The notes under the pieces are model-generated. The model was given only the letters and a program-made list of their open reading frames with translations. It was not told the origin of the DNA and did not search any database. Below are positions 55,001 through 63,633 of a stretch of DNA of 64,000 nt, piece after piece; within the stretch, counting starts at the first letter, position 1, and each line of letters starts with the position of its first letter. Source of the DNA: Perna viridis (lineage: Eukaryota); the NCBI GenBank assembly GCA_037379345.1, contig CM074512.1:16306001-16370000 (forward strand), given 5' to 3'. Position numbers and translations under genes: made by a program.

Positions 55001-58000
55001 GTAATTTTCACCTGCCATTATTATACCTCTGCTCAACAATTGAGTGGTGTATTGGAATCACCTTGTCCATCCATGTGAATATTATTGCAATTATCTCAAC
55101 ACTCAATAGATTGATTAGTTTTAAGTTTGTCATGTTGTTTTATATAGATGTTGTAAGTGAATATGGGTGCTGTCTGATATTCTGTATGATTTGGGGTATA
55201 ACTAGCCTAAAAATGGGTGCAACTTCATGCATAATACTAATGCTTAATTTAATCCTTAAAAGAAGCAAAAAGAACTTAGCGCCTTTGTTGTATCACTGAA
55301 AAGGAGGAAAATTAAACAAGGATCTTTATCTTTGGTATAATCTAGGTTTGTTTTTCTTTTTTTAAAGATTGTTTTAAATTGTAATTATTAATTTATATTT
55401 CAGTTGCAATTGACTGTATTATGGGACCATGGTCTGAATGGTCTGAAATGATTGAAGGTGGATTAGTCTTTAGATCCAGGAAGATCAGGAAAGCAGGAAA
55501 CAGATTTGGAAAAGAATGTGGACCAACAGAAGAATCCAAGAAATGTAAATACCATTACAGAGTGATATACTGGCTGATTTAGGAATGTATACACTTATCA
55601 GAAAATAATCACTTTAATATAGGAAACTTGACATGCTTTACAAGTTGCTCATTCATACTTTTGTTACTTTGTATGTATGATTTTAGTTACTTTATGTTCT
55701 TTGTTGTGTATGTCTGTTTTCCATGTCTGGTCTTTGTCCCTGGATTACATTCTTTTGATTACCACTATAACCTTGATTCCCTTGATACATAAAAGACTAT
55801 TAAGTCCAATATAATTAATGTTTAATACTTACTATGCCAAGCATTATTTCATTTTAGAATATGTTAGTGCCAAGTGCCTTGATACCAGCATTTCCATCCT
55901 GAATTTGAATGTCCATAGGTCAATAAACAAGCAATTTAAAATAATTTTTTTTGCAGTGGCTGTTGATTGTGTCGTTGGAGAATGGGGAGAATGGACAACC
56001 AACCAATTTACTGGTGTTAAATCCAGGAGAAGAAGAGTTAAGCAAGGCAATCTGAATGGAGGAAAACCATGTCCTCGACTTTTTGAAACTGAAGAGTGTA
56101 AGTTATAACTGTATCCACACAAGTATCTTGTCAGAATCTGTTTTTGAACTTGAATGATATATTGCGCTTATCAACTTTTCAAATATAGAGCTTTTGGATA
56201 TTCATAATGGCATGATAGTGTTGCCTTACCTCATATTTCATTCTTATTAACTCTTAGTATTATATTTGGTGGGTATATGTTATTTTAACTCTGCTTCAAA
56301 ATAACTTTGTCAAGTTTTGGACAGAAAACTCTTGCTCACTTTTTCTTTTTTTTTTAATAAACTTTTGAACGTTGTTATCTTCAAAGCTTTAAAAATGTTA
56401 GACTTGTTCGTTTTTAGCTGTCGTTGATTGTGTTGTGAGTGATTGGAGTAGCTGGGGAAGTGCTGATCGAAAGACAGGAATCAGCACAAGAACAAGAAGG
56501 ATTGTTCACAAAGCTGTTAATGGTGGAAAGGAGTGTCCTGACCTTATAGAAAGGAAGAAAGGTTGGTGTGAATAACCACCTCTTTAGTTTTATCAATCAT
56601 GCATACATCTTTTGTAGTTTTACTATTTTGACTTTTTACTATATGACCACTTGAAATGTAATGATTCATTGAACTTGTGAGAATTATACAGAATCCCACT
56701 GGTACAAATTCAGATATCCTGGTTTATATTGTGAAAATTCCGAATTTTAGATATATACTCTAAGTGAGTATGATTCCAAATTTTCCTGACATTAAAAACT
56801 TAACATTATTATTGAAAGTTGAAAAATAGAATTTGGAATTCCAATTTGCATTAGTTAGATTTGGATCCTACTGGATTCCAATTTTTTCTGTAATAAATAC
56901 ATTTAGACTAAGTACATATATACCAGTAGATATTATTCAGACATTATCACTTTGTATTTTATTATCTATATCTTCCTTTAATTTATTATTTTAGTCAAGA
57001 TAGATTGTATAGTATCAGAATGGGGACCATGGAGTTTGCCTTTTGGATTTGGAACCAAGACTAGATCAAGAACAATAGAGAGAGCTCCAGCCAATGGTGG
57101 TAAACCATGCCCTGCATTGGAACAAGAAGCTCCTGCTAGTAAGTCTTAAACCAGCGAATTTGGATGAATTTTGAAACCACAAGTTTTAAGATGTCATGAA
57201 GCTGTCTGTGAAATATATCTGTATAAGTCAACAGCCCTTTTCATGTCAATTTTACTCTTTTATTATCTACTTCAAGTTTTATAGAAAAAATAAATATAAT
57301 TTTGATTTGATTTTTGAAAAAAAAAATCATGTTGTTTTTGGAAGAAATTTAGTTTGGAGCCATTTTTTGTGTTTGGACAGATTTCCCTTTCTATCTTGAA
57401 TCAACATTCTGTTGACTTCTCAATCAAACTGTCTATCAGTATGCTCTCCCAAACTCACAACCTTTAAGGAATAAATGGTGTAAAAAATTATTTTCTTTGA
57501 AAGAGCTTTGGTAGTTCTTGTTTTTTTTTTTTCAAATACCTTCAGAAATTTAAATACTGTAAATTCAAAAATTATTGTGAGCAATAATTATTGCAATTAA
57601 ATTACTTTAGTGAAAATTGCAATTTCAATATTTGCAAATTTGAGAAAAATCCAACACTATCGTAGTTATGTTGAAAACTCAATGATGTGTGATTAAATGT
57701 TTGTTGCATTTTTCACAATAACAAAAACATTACAATTTCTGAACTTACAGTAAATAAGACTGAACAGATTATTATAGAAACATTGTAATATTGTAGGTAA
57801 TTTCAAGGAATAGATTTTAATTTTGCAGTTTCTGTTAACTGTCATTTGTACTAAGTTCTAAAAGGCTTATATTTATTAATTTTCTTTCAGCTATAACTCC
57901 AAACACAACTGCTGAAAATATGATCAAACATTTTGTCAGAGGATATGACAGTTCAAGAGATATTCAGATTATCATAGATGCCTCTGGTAGTATTGGAGAA

Positions 58001-59647
58001 AGTGCATTTAGATCATCACTGAAGACCTTATATGACTTGCTATCCTACCTCTGTCCATCACCAGAACCATACAAGAAAGGTGGCAGTAAATATAACCAAT
58101 TAGGCATGATGACATTCTCTACTGGTGTTAGAGATCAGTTCCATTTCGGCGAGAAACAACTTCTGTCTGAAATCAAACCAGCGGTGTTGAACACACCATA
58201 TGAAGCCAGGACAACATGTACTGGTGATGCTATTAAACATGCAGTACAAAATATGAAGAGAGGTAAGAATGTTTGAAGGTTTTATTGGAATCCTAAACTC
58301 ATATGAAGAGAGGTAAGAATGTATGAAGGTTTTATTGGAATCCTAAACTCATGTGAAGAGAGGTAAGAATGTATGAAGGTTTTATTGGAATCCTAAACTC
58401 ATGTGAAGAGAGGTAAGAATGTTTGAAGGTTTTATTGGAATCCTAAACTCATGTGAAGAGAGGTAAGAATGTATGAAGGTTTTATTGGAATCCTAAACTC
58501 ATGTGAAGAGAGGTAAGAATGTATGAAGGTTTTATTGGAATCCTAAACTCATGTGAAGAGAGGTAAGAATGTATGAAGGTTTTATTGGAATCCTAAACTC
58601 ATGTGAAGAGAGGTAAGAATGTATGAAGGTTTTATTGGAATCCTAAACTCATATGAAGAGAGGTAAGAATGTATGAAGGTTTTATTGGAATCCTAAACTC
58701 ATATGAAGAGAGGTAAGAATGTATGAAGGTTTTTTTGAAACTCAAGGGATTTCAAAGAAATTTAATAGAAAGTTTGGGGCATCATACGTAGATGTGCATG
58801 AAGGTATGTACCGGTAGTTTCTGTCAGAGGACTCAAAAGAGAAACAAATCCAACGGGGGATAGGGGTACTTTCTTTGTGAGCTAGTTCACAGAACTTCTA
58901 GTTATTTTTGGATCAACAACTTCAATAAAGGAGGATAAACAAAATTTTCTACCTTTATTAGAAAGCATTGCAGTCAATTAAAACTTATTTAAATAGAAAT
59001 TTCACTTAAGCCAGCTGGAATAAGTTTTTGGGTTTTGTGACTCTTTGTCATCTCTTTTAGGGTATCATTACTAATTTTTTTTACCATATCAGTATAAGTA
59101 AAAACAAACTCTGCCCCCTCTCTCTTGAATTTTAAGTACTTAAACAAAGCATTATCCTCACCTCTGAGAGGAAAAAGGTGGGTGAAAAATTGTCTTTCTT
59201 TTTTATTATTTTATGCAAAATAATTTACGATAAAGAAATTTACTACCTTCATTGCATATTATTTATACTGTGAAATTATTTTCAAAGAGTATAAGTGCTT
59301 AGCTTTGTGTTACTTGTTTTACAGCACGAAAGGGTGTGAAGAAACAGGTACTGTTGCTCACCGATGGTCTATACAACTGTATTAAGGGTGGTAAGAAACA
59401 TGACTTTGATGCATATGCTGCTTACACAGAAAAATGGGCTGAAGAATTAAAGGAACATGCTGAAATATTCGGAATGATGATTGGAATCGAAGGTCAACTT
59501 GGTCAAGAAAAATTATCTAAACTTGTGTCTGCTCCTCTTAGAGACCATTTGTATTCTGCTAGAGACTACCATGATTTCACTACTATGGTGGAGAAAATTA
59601 AACAATTGTTAGTAACCACAGGAATGAAATGTACCTGGATTAACTAA
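1..59647 (+). CDS. Giant multi-exon gene (5' end outside window): >=76 tandem two-Cys spondin-type TSP1 repeats followed by a C-terminal VWA domain; probable secreted matrix/adhesive fibre protein
   Basis: 76 exons each translate as one repeat, consensus VPLPCIVSDWTEWSAPDASGTRYRVRYMTRPALNGGKECPDLIQLTK (WxxW, RxRxR, NGGKECP of spondin-type TSRs). All have AG/GT boundaries and phase 1-1. They splice in frame into VWA exons 57891-58262 and 59325-59647, which end in TAA. Total coding in the window is 11,332 nt (~3,776 aa) if every exon is used. Confidence 0.93.
4340..8920 (+). CDS. TSR exon block 2 (mostly B-type: ...TGTIYR[Y/V]RYV[L/I]RPALN[K/G]GKECEDL[L/M]QLKK); 8 exons
   Basis: Exons 4340-4480, 5138-5278, 5688-5828, 6923-7063, 7442-7582, 7823-7963, 8173-8313, 8780-8920. 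The exons at 5688 and 8173 are a RFRVRYTVRP variant. Confidence 0.92.
9298..10212. mobile_element. Non-autonomous pogo/Tigger-like (Tc1/mariner superfamily) MITE, 915 bp
   Basis: Ends TA|CAGTCGAACCT ... AGGTTTGACTG|TA (10/11 TIR match, TA target duplication). Subterminal CTCGAAC/CTCGGATAAC repeats near both ends; locally CpG-rich; no transposase ORF. Confidence 0.8.
10827..21065 (+). CDS. TSR exon block 3 (A-type, alternating LGK/LTK ends); 10 exons
   Basis: Exons 10827-10967, 13365-13505, 13845-13985, 14941-15081, 15358-15498, 17965-18105, 18525-18665, 19451-19591, 20080-20220, 20925-21065. Confidence 0.92.
12528..12762. repeat. Long inverted repeat / foldback MITE-like hairpin
   Basis: AGGATCTAACAACACTCCATTCTACT (12580-12605) is the exact reverse complement of 12719-12744 (26 bp). 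Imperfect complementarity extends both inward and outward. Confidence 0.8.
15940..16201. repeat. Minisatellite, 53-bp unit, ~5 copies
   Basis: GTTTTACTTATGTAGTAAATACCTATT..AGTTATTGCCCTTGAAATGC recurs at 15941, 15994, 16047, 16100, 16153. Confidence 0.95.
17651..17782. repeat. Minisatellite, 33-bp unit, 4 copies
   Basis: AATCTTTGGGTCGCTGACTGGCATGCGTACCCC at 17651, 17684, 17717, 17750. Confidence 0.95.
19998..20023 (+). pseudogene. 5' fragment of a TSR exon ending in an in-frame stop
   Basis: cttatag|TA CCA TTG CCA TGT ATT GTG ATA TAA gtaaag: intact acceptor plus about 20 nt of exon, fused to intron sequence homologous to 15294-15357. Confidence 0.85.
21394..22992 (+). CDS. TSR exon block 4 (B-type); 3 exons
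   Basis: Exons 21394-21534, 22240-22380, 22852-22992; all encode IYRYRY...ECEDL[M/L]QLKK. Confidence 0.92.
23635..44760 (+). CDS. TSR exon block 5 (A-type, with one B-type exon at 29891); 27 exons
   Basis: 141-nt exons starting at 23635, 24127, 24627, 24985, 25572, 26544, 27705, 28125, 28808, 29891, 30440, 31128, 32019, 32706, 33153, 34437, 35495, 36600, 37470, 38096, 39099, 40512, 41645, 42225, 42905, 44015, 44620. Each ends at start+140 and is followed by GT. Confidence 0.92.
26876..27562 (+). mobile_element. Non-autonomous Helentron/HINE-like element with internal ~160-bp tandem repeats
   Basis: T-run left end, (TCTG/TCCG)n microsatellite, ~3.5 units (AAATTGGTTTCCAG at about 26944, 27102, 27263, 27422), terminal mini-hairpin GAGCACTGCTC followed by TTGTT. 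Confidence 0.65.
29109..29480 (+). mobile_element. Degenerate 3' end of a Penelope-like retroelement
   Basis: Residual peptide RFRSSLQKFYGCHHELDDCYGVFI, followed by a tail (AGAAAAGCAGAGGAC..CCCAGTTTTTAGTGGAGT) repeated at about 21565-21763 (-), 55640-55790 (partial) and 62480-62690. Family assignment is from recall of this motif, not from a search. Confidence 0.5.
39332..39379 (+). pseudogene. 3' fragment of a TSR exon (possible 48-nt in-frame micro-exon)
   Basis: aag|TT CTT AAT GGT GGC AAA GAA TCT CCA GAT CTA ATC CAA CTT ATC AAA G|gtaaat. The Cys codon TGT has become TCT. Confidence 0.85.
39512..40207 (+). mobile_element. Non-autonomous Helentron/HINE-like element with internal ~181-bp tandem repeats (3' truncated)
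   Basis: Head TTTTATACCCCTACTT..AAGTGGAGGGTGTATAG and a TCCA microsatellite, then units with AATGAAACT at about 39649, 39829, 40011, 40191. Confidence 0.65.
42567..42656. repeat. Exact 45-bp tandem duplication
   Basis: TGATATTATAGGCAGGATAAGCTGTGGACATATTTGTGTGACCAG at 42567 and 42612. Confidence 0.95.
43508..44000 (+). mobile_element. Member of a dispersed HINE-like family (core GGGTATCATATGTAGATGTGCATGAAGGAAT...AAAGGGAGATAA)
   Basis: Two tandem cores here. Related cores occur at about 2280-2500, 36820-36885, 38480-38700, 50270-50400 and 58740-58850. Confidence 0.55.
45020..52199 (+). CDS. TSR exon block 6 (C-type: FR[W/Y]R[F/Y/M]VTRP...Q[S/T][R/K]K, alternating N[G/N]GKECPD and N[HD/IN]GECPP); 15 exons
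   Basis: 141-nt exons starting at 45020, 46123, 46859, 47269, 47769, 48175, 48569, 48871, 49379, 49655, 49976, 50516, 51089, 51666, 52059. Confidence 0.92.
52927..57138 (+). CDS. TSR exon block 7 (divergent, mutually unique repeats next to the VWA domain); 8 exons
   Basis: Exons 52927-53067, 53378-53518, 54297-54437, 54764-54904, 55404-55544, 55957-56097 (141 nt) and 56418-56561, 56995-57138 (144 nt). Example: VDLDCIVSEWGIWSSPNQNGISRRTRTVLRQPIGNAGACPDLEETKQ. Each still has 2 Cys and WxxW. Confidence 0.9.
57557..57750. mobile_element. Small Tc1/mariner-type MITE, 194 bp
   Basis: Ends TA|CTGTAAATTCAAAAATT ... AATTTCTGAACTTACAG|TA (15/17 TIR match, TA flanks). Confidence 0.7.
57891..58262 (+). 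CDS. Penultimate exon: linker plus N-terminal half of the von Willebrand factor A domain
   Basis: Boundaries tttctttcag|CT ATA ... AGA G|gtaaga; 372 nt, phase 1-1. Encodes DIQIIIDASGSIG (MIDAS DxSxS), LGMMTFS and RTTCTGDAI (MIDAS Thr). Confidence 0.93.
58251..58733. repeat. Minisatellite, 50-bp unit, 9 full copies plus 1 partial, spanning the VWA exon donor site
   Basis: AT[A/G]TGAAGAGAGGTAAGAATGT[A/T]TGAAGGTTTTATTGGAATCCTAAACTC at 58251, 58301 ... 58701. Confidence 0.97.
59325..59647 (+). CDS. Last coding exon: C-terminal half of the VWA domain and stop codon
   Basis: Starts ttttacag|CA CGA AAG GGT GTG. Encodes ARKGVKKQVLLLTDG (last MIDAS Asp), EIFGMMIG and HLYSARDY, and ends GMKCTWIN-TAA. 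No hydrophobic anchor. Confidence 0.93.
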
Positions 59648-59678
59648 TTAATTTAATGATTTATGTATTGTTTACCTT

Positions 59679-59684
59679 AATAAA
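59679..59684 (+). terminator. Candidate polyadenylation signal of the TSR-VWA gene
   Basis: AATAAA 31 nt after the stop codon, followed by T/GT-rich sequence. Confidence 0.6.
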
Positions 59685-60599
59685 GAAGGATATTGTTAAA
59701 TTTTGTTATTTAAAATCCCTTAGAAATAATAGAACTACCATGATTTTTATTGTCGTATGCCTTGAATCGATAGAGGGACATGGTTATAGTAGCCTGCCAT
59801 CATAAAGCTCCCCGAAACTGCTTGTCAGATTTCTTCGTTATTTGATAGGATTTGTTGTTACGAAGTGTAAATGTGCATAACATTTCGCTCTTTTGATTTG
59901 ACAGTTTTTGTAGGAGCTATTTTTCACAATTTCATACTCATTGAATTTTGATACTAAAATTAAATTATAAGGAATGAATGTTATATTTTTTGGTCTGTTT
60001 GAAATATTAAACATCAACCACACTTGGTTTAGTGTGCACCATATAATTGAGGTTATTTCAGGTAGCCTGAAAACACAGTCAATACTCATAAAATCATTTT
60101 GGTATCAAAATTTGACTAGTAGATCATAAAAATAGATTGATGACGTCACGGTCACATTACAAAATTTGATCTATGAGATGATGGACACAAATTTTTATCC
60201 AATTAAGAAGATTGTTACTTCTGAAATTAAATTATTTGTAACAAGTCTTGGTAGTAAATTTGTAGAAAAATGTAATCGGGTACTACATAAGATACTATTC
60301 AGACATTTTTTGCCTTATTTTACTTGAATCCAAATTAATTCGGAATTCAAGCACATGTAATACCTTGTTCAAACATTATGCATATTGTTGATAGCAAAAT
60401 TCAGGGACTATCAGATGGAACATCTAATTATAGTTATACATTTAAAATACAATTTAAGTCCACTTAAGTAGAAGTTGTTATACAGACAGCAGATTGATGC
60501 AGGCATGTCAAAAAACTTCTTATTCAGAAACCACATAACCAGTCTTAGTTTGTTATTTGGTTTTTGGAAATTTGAGATGAAAAATATATCAAGATTTTG

Positions 60600-61140
60600 A
60601 TGAATTGATGCTTTGCAAGAGTCATCATTCCTGATTTGATTGATTAAAGCGGGAGATGGAAGTGTGATTTTCTCCAAAATACAGAAAGGACTATGGTTCC
60701 GTAAAAATATGGTGCCTCACTCCTTATCAATTCAAGTGACCACACCAAATTCAATCCCATCATTTCTTTTGTGGTACTGCACCTTGAACTACAATTTCAA
60801 AGAGATGCATTCATTTATAGTCAAGTTACTGTCCTGACATCATTTAAAAGCTTGTTTCTGGCACCCGATATATATAAGTGATTCAATAATAACCCCCAAA
60901 GTCAATCCCATCTTTCTTTTTGTGCTATGGCACCCTATGGTACAATTTCATAGAGATTCAGTCACAATTCATTGCTATTGTCCAAAAATCACAAAAAAGC
61001 TTGTTTATGGCCTATAATTTGTTAACAGTTTGAGTTACAACCTCAAAATTGATTCCAGCCTTCCGTTTGTGTTATGGCACCTTTTGGTATAATTTCATAA
61101 AGATCTATACACTTATACTCAAGTACTTGTCCAGACGTGA
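60600..61140 (-). repeat. Degenerate ~150-bp tandem units of a HINE-like family
   Basis: CAATCCCATC.TTCTTTT.TG.....ACAATTTCA.AGAGAT recurs at about 60752, 60903, 61050. Related sequence lies at 62750-63010 and, in the opposite orientation, at 12770-13040 and 20340-20680. Confidence 0.5.
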
Positions 61141-62369
61141 AGTGTCTACAGAGGATGATAACAGCATGATAAAATCAAAGTGCTATTAGCACTGGAGGTT
61201 TTTGATTCTTGTGAAAATTGTACCATTAACAAAGTTTCCAACACTGCATGATGTAATATAAAACTGTGATAATACATTTGCATTTCCTATATCATTTAGA
61301 ATTTTTTTTTCCTAACAGTAATATGTATAAATGAATGTCAATCATTACTATTGATTTCTGAAGTATAAATTTTAATGGATAGTTAAACAGTATTCACACA
61401 CATTTACAAATTTTGTCCATTTTGCCTTTATCCCAATTTTTTAAACCTATCCAAAAGTTAATTTGCATTTACATTCAAAAACTGTTTTAACAGAGTATTA
61501 TTCTACACTGCAATTTTACTTAAATAAAACCAATTTCAGCTTAGCAAAATAATTACCTTGATAAAAATTATAGATTTTCCAAAACTAGACACTTTTTATC
61601 AATTTGAATTTTCCGACGAATTTTACAGGGTGCTCTCAACTTCCTATAAATATTAAAGATAGGATGAAGATTTTGACTCATGGTTGTGTTAAATGGAACA
61701 GGTTTAGCACATTTAATGCTTCTTGACACATCACTGCAAGAACTTCTTTCCCTAAATGCAAATTTATTACTAAACATCTTTCAAGACCAAAAACGAATCC
61801 CTCAAATCTTCATTTGATTTGACGACCAGATTTTATTTCTATTTGCCAAAATAATAGAATATTTATTAAGCTGAATAATTACCAGAAACATAATTAGAGC
61901 TTATAAAAAATGTATATTTTTGTGTAGTGTTCAGAAATTACTGACAGAAACCTGTGACATAAGATATTTTGATTCTGAAGGATCAAAAACCCCAAAAAAT
62001 GTGGTAACATAAAAATCCTTCCAGTTAAATTGATTTCAATTAAATCTAATGAAGCTTTGAACTTAAATGAGAAGCTATTATGGATAAGTTAGAATTTCCC
62101 ATATCAAAGAAGCTGTTTATTAAACACCATTAAAATGATAAAGAAGCAATAAACCTGTACACAGAATTTTTAGCCTGATTCTGTCCTTTGTTCCTAAAAG
62201 ACAAGGGTTAGAAGTATCAAAATAAATCACAATCTACAAAGCATCTTTGGAATCTTGTTCAGTTTCATACAGATCCATGCGCTTTTACTGAAGTGGTTTT
62301 ACAAAATCCAGGAAAATGTTGATTTTTGGCAATTAATTCCTGAACAATTCAAAATAAATGACCAAACTA

Positions 62370-62690
62370 TATATTTTTCTTTCATCTGTGGCAACATCCC
62401 TTCAAATAAATGGAGTTTTCATATCACAACTCATACATTATGCAAGAGCTTTTTGAAACTAAGCAGATTTCACATTTTATGAGTAACTCGAGAAAAGCAG
62501 AGGACACTTACTGTAGCAGATGCACCTGGTCCATGCTTCCCAGTTTTTAGTGGAGTTCAGGTTGCTTATTTATTTTGTCGCTTTGTACATTTTTTTATGA
62601 TTATTTCATGTACTTTATTGTGTGTATCTAGTTTCTTTGTTAAGTTGTTACCCTCGGACAATGCTGTTTTTGATTACTGTTAGAATCATG
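62370..62690 (+). mobile_element. Degenerate Penelope-like retroelement fragment
   Basis: Frameshifted FICGNIPS / GVFISQLIHYAR resembles the RT C-terminal motif (SNIP...GVYISQLIRYAR), followed by the same tail as 29260-29480. Confidence 0.5.
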
Positions 62691-63633
62691 ATTTTCAATA
62701 CACTTCCACTCGTTAGTGTCTAGACACTAAGAAAACATTTGTTTGTGGTCCCTTCAATACCAGCCCTCCTTGTGTGGTTTAAAACCTTGTGGTACAATTT
62801 CACAGATCCATAAACTTAACTAATATTTAAGTTATTGTGTGGACAACAGAAAAATGTTTTTTGACACCTTCTTACCTTCGTCATCCAAGGTGGTCCAAGT
62901 CACAACCCAAAAAATCAATACTAGCCTTTCTTTTGTGGCAGAGATCCTTCTGATAGTTTCAAAGAGTTACATACACTTAACCTCATTATTGTGTGGAAAC
63001 CAAATGTCTGTGGATGCTGACAACAGCACAATACCATTCTTAACCTTCTTTTATGTAACACCATTTATATAATCACATTTAGGGGCATGTGTTACTGTAA
63101 CCTTTCTTCAAACTTAATAAATCATTACAACTACACATATGTGAATAATTAAGTATAAATTTTAATTATCAAATTATTTCATTGTAATGGGAGACATATC
63201 ATGGTGTTTCTACATCTATGATGTCAACAAATTTCCGATGATGATGTGACTTACATTAGGAAAGTTGAACGTCAGCTAGTATGAGCTTTTATCAGAAGAA
63301 CAATAGAAAAACAAGGTGAATGCCCATCCAAAAATTCTCTAAAATGTACTTAAACAGATCTCAAAGAACACACTTCCTCCTTCCTTTGTTATACTACAAC
63401 CAAGTTAGTGACTGAGAGGAATGAGGATGCATGCTGGGAGATAGAAGTAGTTAGAAAATATACGGTAAGCAAAATGTCACAAAAATGTTTCGCATCAATT
63501 ATTTCTAGTGTTTGTCAAATAAATACAAGTCATAAGCAATCACATTTAATCATAATAAACAAACATCAGTGTTACATGATTAAAACAGAACAATCCTTTA
63601 TACAAGGTATACATATTTTAGATGTCTCAGATG

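Noticed and set aside
54748-55299. 183-aa ORF with a hydrophobic, TM-like tail
   Set aside because: Only 54764-54904 is exon (donor CAAG|GTAAAA). The rest is read-through into AT-rich, repeat-like intron sequence. A membrane-anchored intron-retention isoform is unsupported without RNA evidence.
864-57138. CRISPR-like appearance (conserved repeats separated by unique spacers)
   Set aside because: The repeats are 141-nt coding exons with GT-AG boundaries and mostly third-position changes. The spacers are 0.14-2.5 kb introns, the context is eukaryotic, and there are no cas genes.
1-57138. Dscam-style mutually exclusive splicing with docking/selector sequences
   Set aside because: I see no conserved intronic motif ahead of each exon, and shared intron tracts are limited to a few pairs. 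Exon length divisible by 3 allows serial inclusion, and near-identical cassettes would give little binding diversity. It is not strictly excluded without RNA data.
1-57138. Array as an assembly artefact or as many separate small genes
   Set aside because: Introns are mostly unique and exons carry private substitutions. No exon has its own start, signal peptide or stop, and the frame continues into the VWA exons.
61568-61777. Minus-strand 69-aa ORF in the intergenic region
   Set aside because: It has no recognisable domain or convincing splice context, and is consistent with a chance ORF.
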